In this document: positions 12,610-25,459 of the stretch, one piece after another
How the letters are laid out: the number at the start of each line of letters is the position of its first letter
Numbering within the stretch: position 1 is the first letter of the stretch
Assembly (NCBI RefSeq): GCF_006345805.1
Contig: NC_043013.1
Coordinates: 12,462,001 to 12,526,000 of the forward strand
Origin: Octopus sinensis
Lineage: Eukaryota
Direction: 5' to 3'
Length of the DNA: 64,000 bases
Position numbers and translations under genes: made by a program
Notes under the pieces: model-generated
Told to the model about the DNA's origin: nothing
Seen by the model: the letters and a program-made list of their open reading frames with translations, nothing else
The model's database searches: none

Positions 12610-12770
12610 GCATATATGTGTATGTGTGTATATATATATGTATATATATATATACACACGCACACACACACACACGCATATATGTGTATGTGTGTATATA
12701 TATATGTATATATATATATATATATACACGCGCACACACACACAGGCATATATGTGTATGTGTGTATATA
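12170..12770. repeat. Higher-order minisatellite, ~60-bp unit x ~10, built from AT/CA dinucleotides
   Basis: Recurring cacacgcatatatgtgtatgtgtgtatatatatatgtata. Confidence 0.9.
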
Positions 12771-13603
12771 AAGAGAGAGAGAGGGATTTAGATATGTGAG
12801 TGCTTATGTTTGTGTTGTGTATACATACACATGCTTGTATGTGTTAGATAATAGCAGCAGCACCCACCACCACCACCACCATAACCACTGCCCCCCCCCA
12901 CACACACACACAACCCCAGGAAATTAGTGTCATTGTGTGACTGTTGATTGTCTTCTTGATTTGATCCTGCAATTATTGTCATCAGCTGGACTTCTAATTG
13001 GTTGTTTGTTAAGTGGGAGTGCCTGTGGTCAGGTGGTACTACTACTACTACTAGTAGTAGTAGTAGTAGTAGTAGTAGTTGCAGTAGGGTGAGGAGCTAA
13101 TGGAAATATAACATACACACACACACCACATAGTGTCTGTCTTGAGAGCTTACATGTATATGTGTGTGTGTGTATATATATATATATGTATATATATATG
13201 AGAGGTTATAGGCCACCAGCCATTAGGGCCTAACTAGATGTATATTGAGCTAAGCACTTTATGGATGTGGGACCTTGGGTAACTCAATGAACTGGCTATA
13301 ACTATTTTTCTCTTAAACAACCAACCACATAGGGGTCTCCCTTATCAGGCCTTCTTGGCTCTTGAGGTGATGATCTGTTCTGTGTGTGTGTGTGTATGAG
13401 AGAGAGAGAGAGAGAGGAGAGACTGACTATGTGCCAATCTACACACAGCAGGTTTGTGATTCTGTCATACTGTGTATGTATAACCATGTAATATGCCAGA
13501 CATTAGTCTTTTTGACATAATGTACTGTGTGTGTGTGTGGTGTAGGTGTGTATATGTGTGTGCGTGTGTGTGTGCCTAGTATACTTATTAACACTACTTT
13601 GAA

Positions 13604-13637
<34 letters not shown>

Positions 13638-13934
13638 TCAGCCTTTCACTGTAGCTCTGTTCTTTTTTGTCTAATTGCCATGTTGTCTCTCTATTCTAAT
13701 TGCCCTGTTTGCTTGTCTGTTTAATGTGTGTGTGTGTGTGTGTATACATGATTGTCAGATGTTAAATTACATCCAAATCACACACACACACACACACACA
13801 CACACATTTACATACATAAATATATATGCACACATACATTCTACTTGAGGTCTTCTGTACATTACTATTACAGATGGGAAAAAAATGTGTGTGCATGTAT
13901 GTTTATACACATACTCTCTCTCTCTCTCTCCCTG

Positions 13935-13974
<40 letters not shown>

Positions 13975-14319
13975 GATAGATAGATAGATAGACAGTGAGA
14001 TGAAAAGCAGGGTATGTATGTTATACAGATAATATAATATAATGATTTCAACATACACACACACACCACACACCTGTTATTTAATATTCTGTGTTCAATT
14101 ATGTATATCTGAGTATGTGTGTGTATGTCTGTATATGTATGTGTGTGTATATGTATATATATGTGTGTGTATGTATGTATGTATATATATATATATATAT
14201 AGGTGTGTGTGTGTGTATATATATACACACACACATACACGTGTGACAGGTAATACCTAAAACCACATGCACCATACACACACACACACACCAAAGTAGG
14301 TGTGCATTGCTATTGTACA

Positions 14320-14352
<33 letters not shown>

Positions 14353-15254
14353 AACAAAACCTTAAGTGCTACTTCAAAGTGTTTAACTGTGATTGGTCAG
14401 TCCACCTATTGTTTCACCTCATCCTCTTTTCCTCCAGCTCTCTCTCTCTCTCTTGCCCTCTGTGTCTCTTCTCCTTTTCTCTATGTCTATTTATCTTTCT
14501 CTTGTTACACACATGCATACACACACACACAGCTCAGGCTCTCCCTCACACACACATACAAGTGCTCTCTCTCTCACACACATACATACACTCACGCACT
14601 TATCCCTGTCATGAGAGCATAAGTTGTTCCAGATATCAGCCTCTTGAAACTTCTTGATGTTGACTGACCTGATGGACGCACAGACACACATGAGCGATGG
14701 CTAACCAAACAGATTACTGTGTTATTGTGTGAACAGGCATATGCTCACAAATGAGTGATGACTAAGTAGTGATTGACAGACAGACAGACAGATGAGTTTT
14801 GTTAGACCAAGTGATTTATTGGCAGACAAAGAAACACAAATGTCCATGAACACACATACTCACAAATGAGTAACGACTGATTGACAGTTGAGTGATGATT
14901 GAACAAGTGCTTTATTGACAGAGAAGCAAATGTAGGTATGTTTGTATAGATGTGTTTGAACACACTCATACACATATGCTCACAAATGAGTGTTGACTGA
15001 CTAAATGATTAAAAGGCAAAGAGATGAGTGATGATTGACAAAGGTGGGTATGTTTGTATATATATACATGCAACAATGTATATTTATTTTTCTCACATTT
15101 AACAATGGTTCAGGCATTATCCCCCTAACCATTAAATTCTTAATTATGAATTGAGTATTCAAGTGCTTTTATGTACTGTGTGGAGCCAATACATGTCTAG
15201 ATATGATATACAGAAAGCACACATACACATATAATTAACTATATATATATATAT

Positions 15255-15400
15255 AACGGGAAGCTTTATGAAAATAGACAAAAGACGAAGGCAGGTGGGA
15301 AACAAACAAACAATTGTATTAGTATGGCGCTCAGGAAATATAAATAAAACAAGTCTTTAACGTTTCGAGCCTACGCTCTTCAACAGAAAGATACACAGAG
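15255..15400 (-). mobile_element. Penelope-like terminal-repeat fragment with a minimal hammerhead variant
   Basis: The minus strand reads cttt-CTGTTGA-A-GAGC-gtag-GCTC-GAAAC-GTT-aaag (15355-15390). Confidence 0.65.
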
Positions 15401-16199
15401 AGAAAAAAAACACAGACACACACACACACACACACACAAAGGCATGTAGTATATATAGTATAAATACATGTGAGATGACACAGCAATTATTAGAAGAGGA
15501 CAAATGAACTTTGAAAAACCTCTCATCGGCTACGTGATCAAGAATCAATGTTGTTTCTGTAATTTTGACCCATAATACTACTTCTCTGTGGACACCAGTG
15601 GTTGTAAACAATAACGGAATTCCTGGAATTACACTAAAATATCTGAAGACTTAAAACATGGAAGACAACAACATTCAAGTAAGATAAGAAATTACAAAGA
15701 AACAGCTAAAAATAATACAGTTCAACAATGTGTGTGTGTGTGTGTGTGTGTTGGCAAATAGTACTATTGGTGAGTTCAGTCTGTTTCACTTGACATCATT
15801 TTTACATCTGCTTTTCTTTACCTGCATGGGTTGGATAAAGTTTATTGAGGCAGGCTGCCCACCTTTGCCTATTTCTAAGCAAGTTAATATTCTCCCATGG
15901 CTAGACATATTCTTGTAGAATATTTGAAATGAGTGACACTTCTTGTATCACAGTGACAACCATTTTACAACTATCACACTGTGAAGACAATACATACACA
16001 CATACATATTATATATATGTATGTACACACACACACACACATACACGTAGATACCAGCCATTATTCACATGCTCTTGTCCCAGAAAGCACGTTCTCTTTT
16101 TCCTTCTATTTACGGTCATTTCAAAAATATAACTGCAGTGGACTGTTGACGATTTATTTACCTCCTCCTTCCCTTTCCTTTGGATTTTCCCATGATTCC

Positions 16200-16236
16200 T
16201 GTTTCTGAAGAAGAGCTATGCTCGAAATGTAAAACA
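16200..16236 (+). ncRNA. Minimal type I hammerhead ribozyme motif with an intact core
   Basis: tgttt-CTGAAGA-A-GAGC-tat-GCTC-GAAAT-GTA-aaaca. CUGANGA core, 4-bp stem II, GAAA, GUA cleavage triplet and 5-bp stem I. Lies within a Penelope-like repeat (~16090-16330). Confidence 0.65.
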
Positions 16237-16354
16237 ACCACTCTTTTCTTTCTCTGAGCATCTTATTAATACTTTATATGTACTACATCCTCACATTGTT
16301 GTTTTTTCCTTGTTGTCTTTTTCTCCATTTTTTAATTATCTATATATATATATA

Positions 16355-16686
16355 GGCTCAGGCATGGTTCTGGGTTCAGTCTCACTGTGTGGCACCTTGG
16401 GCAAGTCTCTTCTACTATAGCCTCAAGCCGACCAAAGCCTTGTGAGTGGATTTGGTAGATGGAAACTGAAAGAAGCCCGTCGTATATATGTATGTGTTTG
16501 TCCCCCCAACATCGCTTGACAACCGATGGTGGTCTGTTTACGTCCCCATAACTTAAAGGTTCGGCCAAAGAGACCGGTAGAATAAGTTCTAGGTTTACAA
16601 ATAATAAGTACTGGGGTCGATTTGCTTGACTAAAGGCGGTGCTCCAGCATGGCCACAGTCAAATGACTGAAACAAGTAAAAGAGTA
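16355..16686 (+). mobile_element. SINE family A, 5'-truncated
   Basis: Body and tail match the family A consensus seen in this window. Confidence 0.88.
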
Positions 16687-17098
16687 ATCCCTGTTCTAAA
16701 CTAACCAACTTTACTCCTGTATCTCTCTGTCTGTCTGACTCTCTCACTCCCTCTGTGTATCTATCTCTCTTTCTCTCTTCCCTCTTTTTCTCACTTACCT
16801 AATAATGTAACTAACAGTAATAATGTAACTAACAGTAGTCTGTAGTAGACCAGGAAGCTTGTCTGGTTTTCTGCCATCACCAGCATGGTCACCACCAATA
16901 TTTCCACCATCCCACTGCTGCTGCTGCTGCTAAGGCTACTAATGCTGCTACCACCACCACCACCATCACCACCATGGGGACCACTGCTGCTGGCACCTCC
17001 ATCATGGCTGCTATTGTTGTCACACCTTTTGATAGAAGTTAGCTTTTCTTTCTTTTGTCTTGATTCCTTAAACCCAGAATATAACCTTTTGACCATCA

Positions 17099-17137
<39 letters not shown>

Positions 17138-17627
17138 CCCACTCTTTCCTTCCTAATCTGGTAGTGGTGAGTGGATTATGAGTGGCTCTTACCAAAGTCT
17201 TAATTCTCAGTGAATCACATCCACAACTAAGACCATCACCACCACCACCACCACCACCACCATCATCATCAATGACAGCAGCAAGAGCTGAACCACTTCT
17301 TGGTTGTTGGACAACCTAAAAATAGTAGCCAATCCTCCTGCAGTGTGTATGCCACTAGTGGAGATGTTGTTCACTGCTTTTGATTATTTCAAGGCCTCCA
17401 CATCCTATTCCACCACTACAAACCTTCACCTGTACTACAACAAACTACCACCTCCACCACCACCACAACCGCCATCACCATCCTGTCACAGTTCCACTGC
17501 TATTGGTATTAATACTACCTGAATGTCTGTTCTATTGCCAGAAAGTCTTCTGGGAATCTATCTTCCATACACACCCACCTTGTATCTCTCTCTCTCTCCC
17601 TCTCCCTCTCTATCTATCTACCTATCT

Positions 17628-17668
<41 letters not shown>

Positions 17669-17744
17669 TACATGCACATTTGTACACAGGCATATCATAC
17701 AGTGCATGTGTGTATGTATTGTGTGTGTGTGTGTGTGTAAATAT

Positions 17745-17802
17745 ATAGATAGATAGAGAGGTAGGTGGGTAAATAGATAGGTAAGTAGGTAGATAGATAG
17801 AG

Positions 17803-17833
<31 letters not shown>

Positions 17834-17860
17834 CAGATAGATAGTTAGATAGATATATAG

Positions 17861-17903
<43 letters not shown>

Positions 17904-17990
17904 TAGGTAGATAGATAGATACATAGGTAGGTAGATTGATAGATTAAATAGGTAGATTAGATAGATAGATAGATTAGATAGGTAGATAGT
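17745..17990. repeat. (GATA)n/(GA)n compound microsatellite
   Basis: Direct inspection. Confidence 0.9.
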
Positions 17991-18589
17991 TCACACACAT
18001 ACACACACACCAAATACATATACACACTTGTTCATTCATGCATACATTCATACACACACACATGCCTACATTTTTGAAGATATCTCTCATCAACACCACC
18101 ACCACCATCACACTGCTATGGCTGGCTCTGCCATAATTCCTTATGTGACAAGGAGTGGTAACAATGGAAGATAATCTACCACACACACACTTTTAGCACC
18201 ACCACCACTACCACCACCACCACCACCACCACCACCACCACCACCACTACTACTACTACTACTGTCATGTTATTAATTAATGCCATTCATTGGCTCCAGT
18301 CTACTACAGTCAGTAAAGACCACTAACACCACCACCACCACCACCATCACTACCACCACCACCGCATTTCAATGGACACCTGCAACCATTTATATATCAT
18401 TATCATAGTGAAGAAAATGGTTAGAATGAATGGTAGTACTCTGTCATGAGAGAGGGCTCTTGCACCTTTTGGTGATCAGGATGATCCTCCATCTGTGGGG
18501 TTTCCTCGCCCCCTTCCCCAGCTGGAATCTCTCCTGTATCAGGAGGACTGCATCGTCCATGTTATTAAACATACATTGTATGCTGCCTT

Positions 18590-18959
18590 TTATTCTTTTA
18601 CTTGTTTCTGTCATCAGACTGCGGCCATGCTGGGGCACCACCTTGAGGAATTTTATAGTTGAATGAATTGACCCCAGAACTTTTCCTTTTTTTTTTTTTT
18701 AAGAGCCTGATACTTATTCTGTCTGTCCCTCTTGAGAAGAAACTGCTAAGTTGCAGGGGCATAAACACTCCAACACTGTTTATCAAGCAGAGGGTAGTGG
18801 AGGGACAGACGCACACACACACACACACACATATATCTAATGGGCTTCTTTTCAGTTTCCATCTGCCAAATTCACTCACAAGGCTTGGGTCAACCCAGAG
18901 TTATGCCTGCCCAAGGAACCATGTGGGTGGGAAGCAAACTTCTTACCACACAGCCACTC
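18590..18959 (-). mobile_element. SINE family A, minus strand
   Basis: Reverse-complemented tail through head (cttaccacacagccactcc). Confidence 0.85.
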
Positions 18960-19286
18960 CTATACTTTTATGGCATTTCACTGCCTTTCTCATTTCTTTC
19001 TTGCCATCCACTACCTGTCCTTCTTTGTCCTTTACCTGCTAGGTATCACACCCTACTTCCTTAACTCTTTTGTTACCATATTTCTGGTGAAACACACTGC
19101 CTTTGTTTAAATAGCTTCCTCATTCTGGCATTTAGGACAAATTCTCCTGAAATTTTGATGGAGGACTTTTGTTTAGATCAACTGTAAAACAGGATGTTTG
19201 TGTAATTAATGCTGACAGAAGCAGCATTAAGATAATTTTCAAATTTTGGCACAAGGCCAGCAATTTTGGAAGCGAGGCTAAGTTAA

Positions 19287-19506
19287 CCCTTTAGTGTTCA
19301 GATTACTCTGTTAAATGTAATACTTTTTCACTCAAATTGTTTTGAATTAATCATGCATTATCTTATAGCTTTGAGGTTTCAATGATGTGATTGTTTATAT
19401 TTAGAATGACATTGTAGGTTAGGTGTGAGAGGCTAGATATTGCCAGTTTGAATATAAAACATGTAGAATATTTGGGCCAGATATGGCCGGTTTAAACACT
19501 AAAGAG
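19287..19506. mobile_element. piggyBac-type MITE
   Basis: TTAA-CCCTTTAGTGTT...AACACTAAAGAG-TTAA. Related copies at 55721-55939 (opposite orientation), ~55945-56125, ~58650-58870 and ~40440-40568. Confidence 0.8.
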
Positions 19507-19528
19507 TTAAATAAATTGAAAGTGCTGT

Positions 19529-19705
19529 TGCTGTTGAGCGAACGGTCTTCGTCCCAGAGTTCGCAAGATGAGAGAAGTCCGAAACATGGTCCTTTGCTAT
19601 TCGTAAGACCCGCAGAAGAGAAATCAGGTCAACCCCCCGACACCGAAAGCATCGACGGATGGCTGAATGCGCATCCAGGCTCAGCGGTTGCGTAGGAAGT
19701 CGCGG
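19529..19705 (-). mobile_element. 177-bp CpG-rich insertion between 12-bp direct repeats; probable 5'-truncated non-LTR element
   Basis: TGAAAGTGCTGT at 19517-19528 and 19706-19717. The minus strand ends in a caacagcaacagca tail-like repeat. Confidence 0.5.
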
Positions 19706-20287
19706 TGAAAGTGCTGTCCAATAACAACTAAATGCCATGTCAGTGATCATCATCATCATTTAACGTCCAGCTTCCATGCTGGCATGGGTTGGACAGTTTG
19801 ACAGGAGCTGACCAAGCAGAAGCCTGCTCCTGACTTCTGTGTTTGTTTTGGCATCTGGAGATATAGAATATTCATTATCATCAATGTAATTACAAGTGCT
19901 TTTATGCACAATGCGTCCTCATCAGAGGTCCTCTCGATGTAAACAACACAGTATTCTTTGTTCTAACACTACTTCAGCATTAAGTCAGCGATCAAGATTA
20001 CCTTTTGGAAGTTTACATCATAGAACTAGGGTGATCTGAGTTGGGTTGGCATCGAAAGGTTGAAACAAAAATGAAGATGGAGTAGGTAATGCAGTCCAGT
20101 TGTACATAACCCTTAAAAGATGGGATGGTCACGGCCAGAGTGTCTTTTGATTATAAATCTGCTCAATGAAGGTTAACTTAGGATTAAACAACAATATCAA
20201 TGACAACTACATGTGGTTGACCATTTTGCTAGGAATAGCAACCAAACCCTAACACACACAAACACCAAAATACCCACACACATACAC

Positions 20288-20324
<37 letters not shown>

Positions 20325-20333
<9 letters not shown>

Positions 20334-20526
20334 GATAGATTGTTAGCCATGATAGATCGTTAGCCACTACACACATTTTTTTCTCTCCTTGTTTTTTCTG
20401 TGTCCCTTTCTGTAGAAGAGCATAGGCTCGAAACATAAAAGACTTTTTCTATTCCTGAGCGTTATACTAATACATGTTTGTTTTGTACACCACCTGTCTT
20501 CGTCTTTTGTTTTTTTCGTAAACTCT

Positions 20527-20530
<4 letters not shown>
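20325..20530 (+). mobile_element. Penelope-like terminal repeat with a degenerate hammerhead (20406-20441)
   Basis: cttt-CTGTAGA-A-GAGC-atag-GCTC-GAAAC-ATA-aaag. Confidence 0.65.
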
Positions 20531-20564
<34 letters not shown>

Positions 20565-20648
20565 AAATATTAAGGAATAAATCCAAACTTACAGGGAAAA
20601 ATCAGATTTAGGATTAAATCCAATTTTATAGTAAAATATTATATTATA

Positions 20649-20868
20649 TTAAATTAGAGATAAAACCACTATTAGGCAAATCAAACAATGAAAAACTTAA
20701 GCCAATACATAAAATTAATTAATTTATATATTTTAAATATATATCATCTTTTATTAAACTTTTAATATTTTTGATATATATTTAAAATAATATAAATTAA
20801 TTAATTTTATGTATTGGCTTAAGTTTTTCATCGTTTGATTTGCCCAATAGTGGTTTTCTCTAATTTAA
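20649..20868. repeat. Near-perfect inverted repeat (~97-bp arms, ~25-nt loop)
   Basis: Arm 20649-20746 is the reverse complement of 20772-20868 with only a few mismatches or indels. Confidence 0.92.
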
Positions 20869-20944
20869 GATAATATATATATAGATATATATCTATATAT
20901 ATATATATATATATATACAATACACACACAAGTATATAAAACAT

Positions 20945-21311
20945 GCAGACATGGCTGTGTGGTAAGTAGCTTGCTTACCAACAACATTGTTCCGGGTTCA
21001 GTTCCATTGCGTGGCACCTTGGGCAAGTGTCTTCTACTATATCCTCGTGCCAACCAAAGCCTTGTGAGTGGATTTGGTAGACAGAAACTGGAAGAAGCCT
21101 GTTGTATATATGTATATATAGATGTGTGTTGTGTTTTTCTCCCCACCACCGCTTGACAGCCAATACTGGTGTGTTTATATCCCCCATAACTTAGCGAATC
21201 GGCAAAAGAGACCAAAAGAATAAGCCCTGGGGTTGATTTCTTTGGCTAACACTCTTTAAGGCAATGCTCCAGCATGGCTGCAGTCAAATGAGTGAAACGA
21301 GTAAAAGAATA
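20945..21311 (+). mobile_element. SINE family A
   Basis: Head catggctgtgtggtaagtagc through tail gagtaaaagaat. Confidence 0.88.
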
Positions 21312-22442
21312 AAACACACACACCCACACACACATTGGCATACATATGTGGTCGCCTGATTTGCTAGAAATAGCAACCAAACCCCCTTGAAATCACCTTA
21401 CTGTTTTAATGTACAGCTAGCATAGTTCTTGATTCTGTCTGAAAATATAAATGGGATGGCCATAGTTGGAACACTTTCAATATGTAGGTAGGTCTGTTAA
21501 ATTGTGGTCGAACCGGTATTGGACAAAAATATCAATAGCTACCTGAGCCTGTATGTGGTCACCCAGTTTGCTTGAAATAGCAACCAAACCCCTTAGTGCA
21601 CTACAAACCTCGTTCTTGATGCTGACTGAAAATATAAATGGGATGGCCATGGTTGGACCACTTGATGTGTAGGTTGTGTGTTAAATTGTGGCTCATTGAG
21701 ACTGAACAACAACTTATTTGGTTTTTGCTACTACAACTCTAGCCACAACATCTAGCATGGCTAAAATACTACTACTAGCACCACCACCAAGACCACCACT
21801 ATTGCAACCATCTGTACCAGTACAACTAACACCACCACCGCTAGCACTTCCACTACCCCTACCATAACAACCACTGCCGCCACTACCACCACTGCTAGTA
21901 TCAGTACTACCACTGTAGCAACAATAACTACCTACCATTACTCACCACTGCCAGTACCAGCCTCTTCTAACATTATTCACCTCAAAGACTTCACTTATTC
22001 TTGAAGTGTGACATCTGTTTCTTAAGTTAAGGTGGCAGTTCTGTGTGTGTGTCTGTGTGTTACAAGATACACATTACTACCACAGCATAACACATGCATA
22101 CACACACACACACACTCACACATATACTGTGCCAGATATATATATATCTACATTGATAAATACTAACAGACACATACATCAAAATACACTAATGCACTCA
22201 CACACACACCCATTATATAGACACACTCATAACGACATTCTATTATAGACATACACACACATTGACATACACCAACACATACAAACCAAAATACACACAC
22301 ACACACATACACTCCCAAACTATACTATGAACAAACATACATTGACATATGCTGACGCATACAAACACCAGAATACACACACATTCACACAGACACACGA
22401 TTACAGATGTATATACACACGCACATATACATATACATATAT

Positions 22443-22513
<71 letters not shown>

Positions 22514-22647
22514 TATATATATATATATATCCACATATACATAGGTGAATACATACACTTTTATTCTCACCCAGGTTTGTTCATTCAATGACTGGCTTAC
22601 ACAGTCTGGCTCTGTCCTGAAAAAAGCAAGTCACTAATACACACACA

Positions 22648-22685
<38 letters not shown>

Positions 22686-22891
22686 ACCACAGACACACAC
22701 ACACGCACACACACGTATGCAGGCATACACTGGTGTTCCTACAGGCACACACACAAAGAGCCTTTACAGTTGCTCTCTTACCTGACACACAACACACACG
22801 TGTGTGTGACTTCTACCAACTTCCAAATGGTGGGTGGATAGATAGGTGACATATTAGAGAGAAAGGTGGGGGGAGATGAGACATCATAACC

Positions 22892-22931
<40 letters not shown>

Positions 22932-23300
22932 CTCTCTCTCTCTCTTGTTCCTCCTCCTCTTCCTCCTATTACCACTAGGTGACTTGTGTGTATATGTGTG
23001 TGTGTGTGTGTGTCTACCTCCTCTTTCTCTCACCTGATATACATACATACATACATACGTGTATATATATATATATATATACATATATATATGTACTTCT
23101 CCCACTACTCATTCTGTCACCACCCCTGCCTTTGTCGCCATCACCATCACCATCACCATCACCATGACCATCACCATCACCATCACCCTCACCCTATGAC
23201 TACAAACTCCAGCATCTTTTCCTCTACTTTTTCTACTCTGACTCCCACTCCCTCTGTGTGTGTGTGTGTGTGTGTGAATGTACATGTGTAAGCATATGCA

Positions 23301-23331
<31 letters not shown>

Positions 23332-25459
23332 ATCCCTCCCCCCCCCGCCTTACCCTGTTTGTCTTTTCTGTATCACCTCTTTTCTCATCCTAACCCTGCT
23401 CTTTTTTTTTTTTTTTTATTATTATACCTAACCTGCTTCCTGGCCTGATGATGATGGCAGTGGCATAGGTAGTGGGGGTAGTGGTGGTGGTGGTGGTAGT
23501 TGTGGAGTGGGGAGGGAGGGCGGTGGCTGATGCTGATGATGAGGATGAGGAGTAGGAGGGGGAGGTGGATGGCAGTGGGCAATGACTGTGCTGGTGCTGG
23601 GTGGGGGGATGGGTGGGTGGGTGGGAGTGTTCGCTGGGACATTTCCTACTTACAAACCTTACCATTCATATATACCTACCTACCTACCTTATATATATAT
23701 ATATCCACCACACCAATCTTGAGAGAACACAAACAGCAGCAGCAGCGGGGGGGGGGTGGCGACGACCAACCTTCATCATTTTTGCTGCCACCATCTCACA
23801 CAGTCACACATGTATGTATATATATATATATAATATACATATAACTTGGCACCACCAAACATCACACATACACACATACACAGAAATATGAACCTTTTTT
23901 TTTTCTCTCTCTCTCTCTTTTACTTTAAACCTATATATATATATACTATCATTCATCACAGACTCACTGAAGAAGTGCTGTTGCTACCCCACCAACGACA
24001 GCAACAACAACAAGGACAACAACACCAATAAGTCCTTTTCTTCTGTGTAATTGGCACTTCAGACTCTGTCTCACAACATCACACCATTATTATTACTATC
24101 ATCATCATCATCATCATCATCATTATTATTATTATTACACACTGCCATTCTAACATCTAACTCTGACAGCCACCATCACCCCTGCTACTACTACTAATAC
24201 TACTACTAGTACTACTACTACTCACTAGACTACAGTAACAAGTCTCTGTACCTATTACACATAACCACTGCCACCACTACTATCATCATCATCATCATCA
24301 TCATCACTATCTCTTCTCACTGTCCCATGCACATACACACACACACACACATATACACATATATGTATACCTGGCATTAATCAAGACCACTACTTCACTT
24401 CATCACCACGACCACCACCACTGCTAGCATCATCAGCATCACTATACCTCTTCTTTTCTTGCTGTCCCCCCTCACACACACACACACAACACACACACAT
24501 TTACCTGGTCTTAATTAAGACCACTATTTTCAAACTTACCATATAATATAACATTACCACTTGCAAAAAAAAACACACTTTAGGGGGAACTCTTAGGTGG
24601 TCACTCAGTTTGCTAAAAATAGCAGCAGCCAACCAAAATCTTTCTTTTCTCTCACATGACAAATTCTACCTTCTTTGGAAGGAAGAAAGAAAGAAACAAG
24701 TCTTTTATCAAACACCTACCCCATCCCATTTCGAACCCCCACCTCCAAGAATTGACAGGATGGTTATGCTTAGAAGAATACCTCCAATCACAGACTGGCT
24801 TGGTGGAAAGGGGCTTGACTTGGAGTTTAGCAATAACAAAAATATTAGGAGCTCAGACTGACTTTATACTGTATACACCACCACCACCACCATCAGCAGC
24901 ATCAGATCCCCACCACCACCACCACCACCACTGTCATCATCAGTTACAGTAGCAGCAGCAGCAGCATTTTCCACACACTTTCTCTAAGAGCCCTTTTCTC
25001 ATTTATACACACACCACCGCCGCCGCCATCACCATCATCAATGTTATTATCATCACACACCTTGACAAAGGCCGTCGCCGCCGCCGCCGCCATCGCCACC
25101 ACCACCACCACCACTAGCATGGTCCCAACATCCGTTCATCATCTCACACACCTTCACTTTAAGGTTTCGCTTCTTCTAGGCAACACATCATCACTTACCC
25201 AGCGTTAGCTTGAGGTGAGAATAGAGAGGAACACAAAGAACAACAACTACAACAACAACCTGTGTGCCAGGACCCATAAATAAGCCCCCCTTCCTTTCCC
25301 AACACCTGGGTTTTTTTTTTTGGATTTTTTTTTTGTTTTTCTATTCCTGGATTGTCTTCCGTTTTTTTTTTTGGGATTTTTTTTTTTTAACGATGATTCT
25401 TGAACGACTTCAGAATGATGACCTTCTCTTTGACTGGGTGCAATTCCTTCTCTATTCAG

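Noticed and set aside
11993-12799. Long ORFs (150-250 aa) on both strands
   Set aside because: These are translations of AT/CA dinucleotide repeats ([12 protein letters not shown]), with no splice or domain support. The same applies to 35022-35741, 46922-47727 and most short track ORFs.
15480-15725. Possible Penelope ORF remnant beside the hammerhead repeat
   Set aside because: No RT or GIY-YIG motif could be read with confidence by eye.
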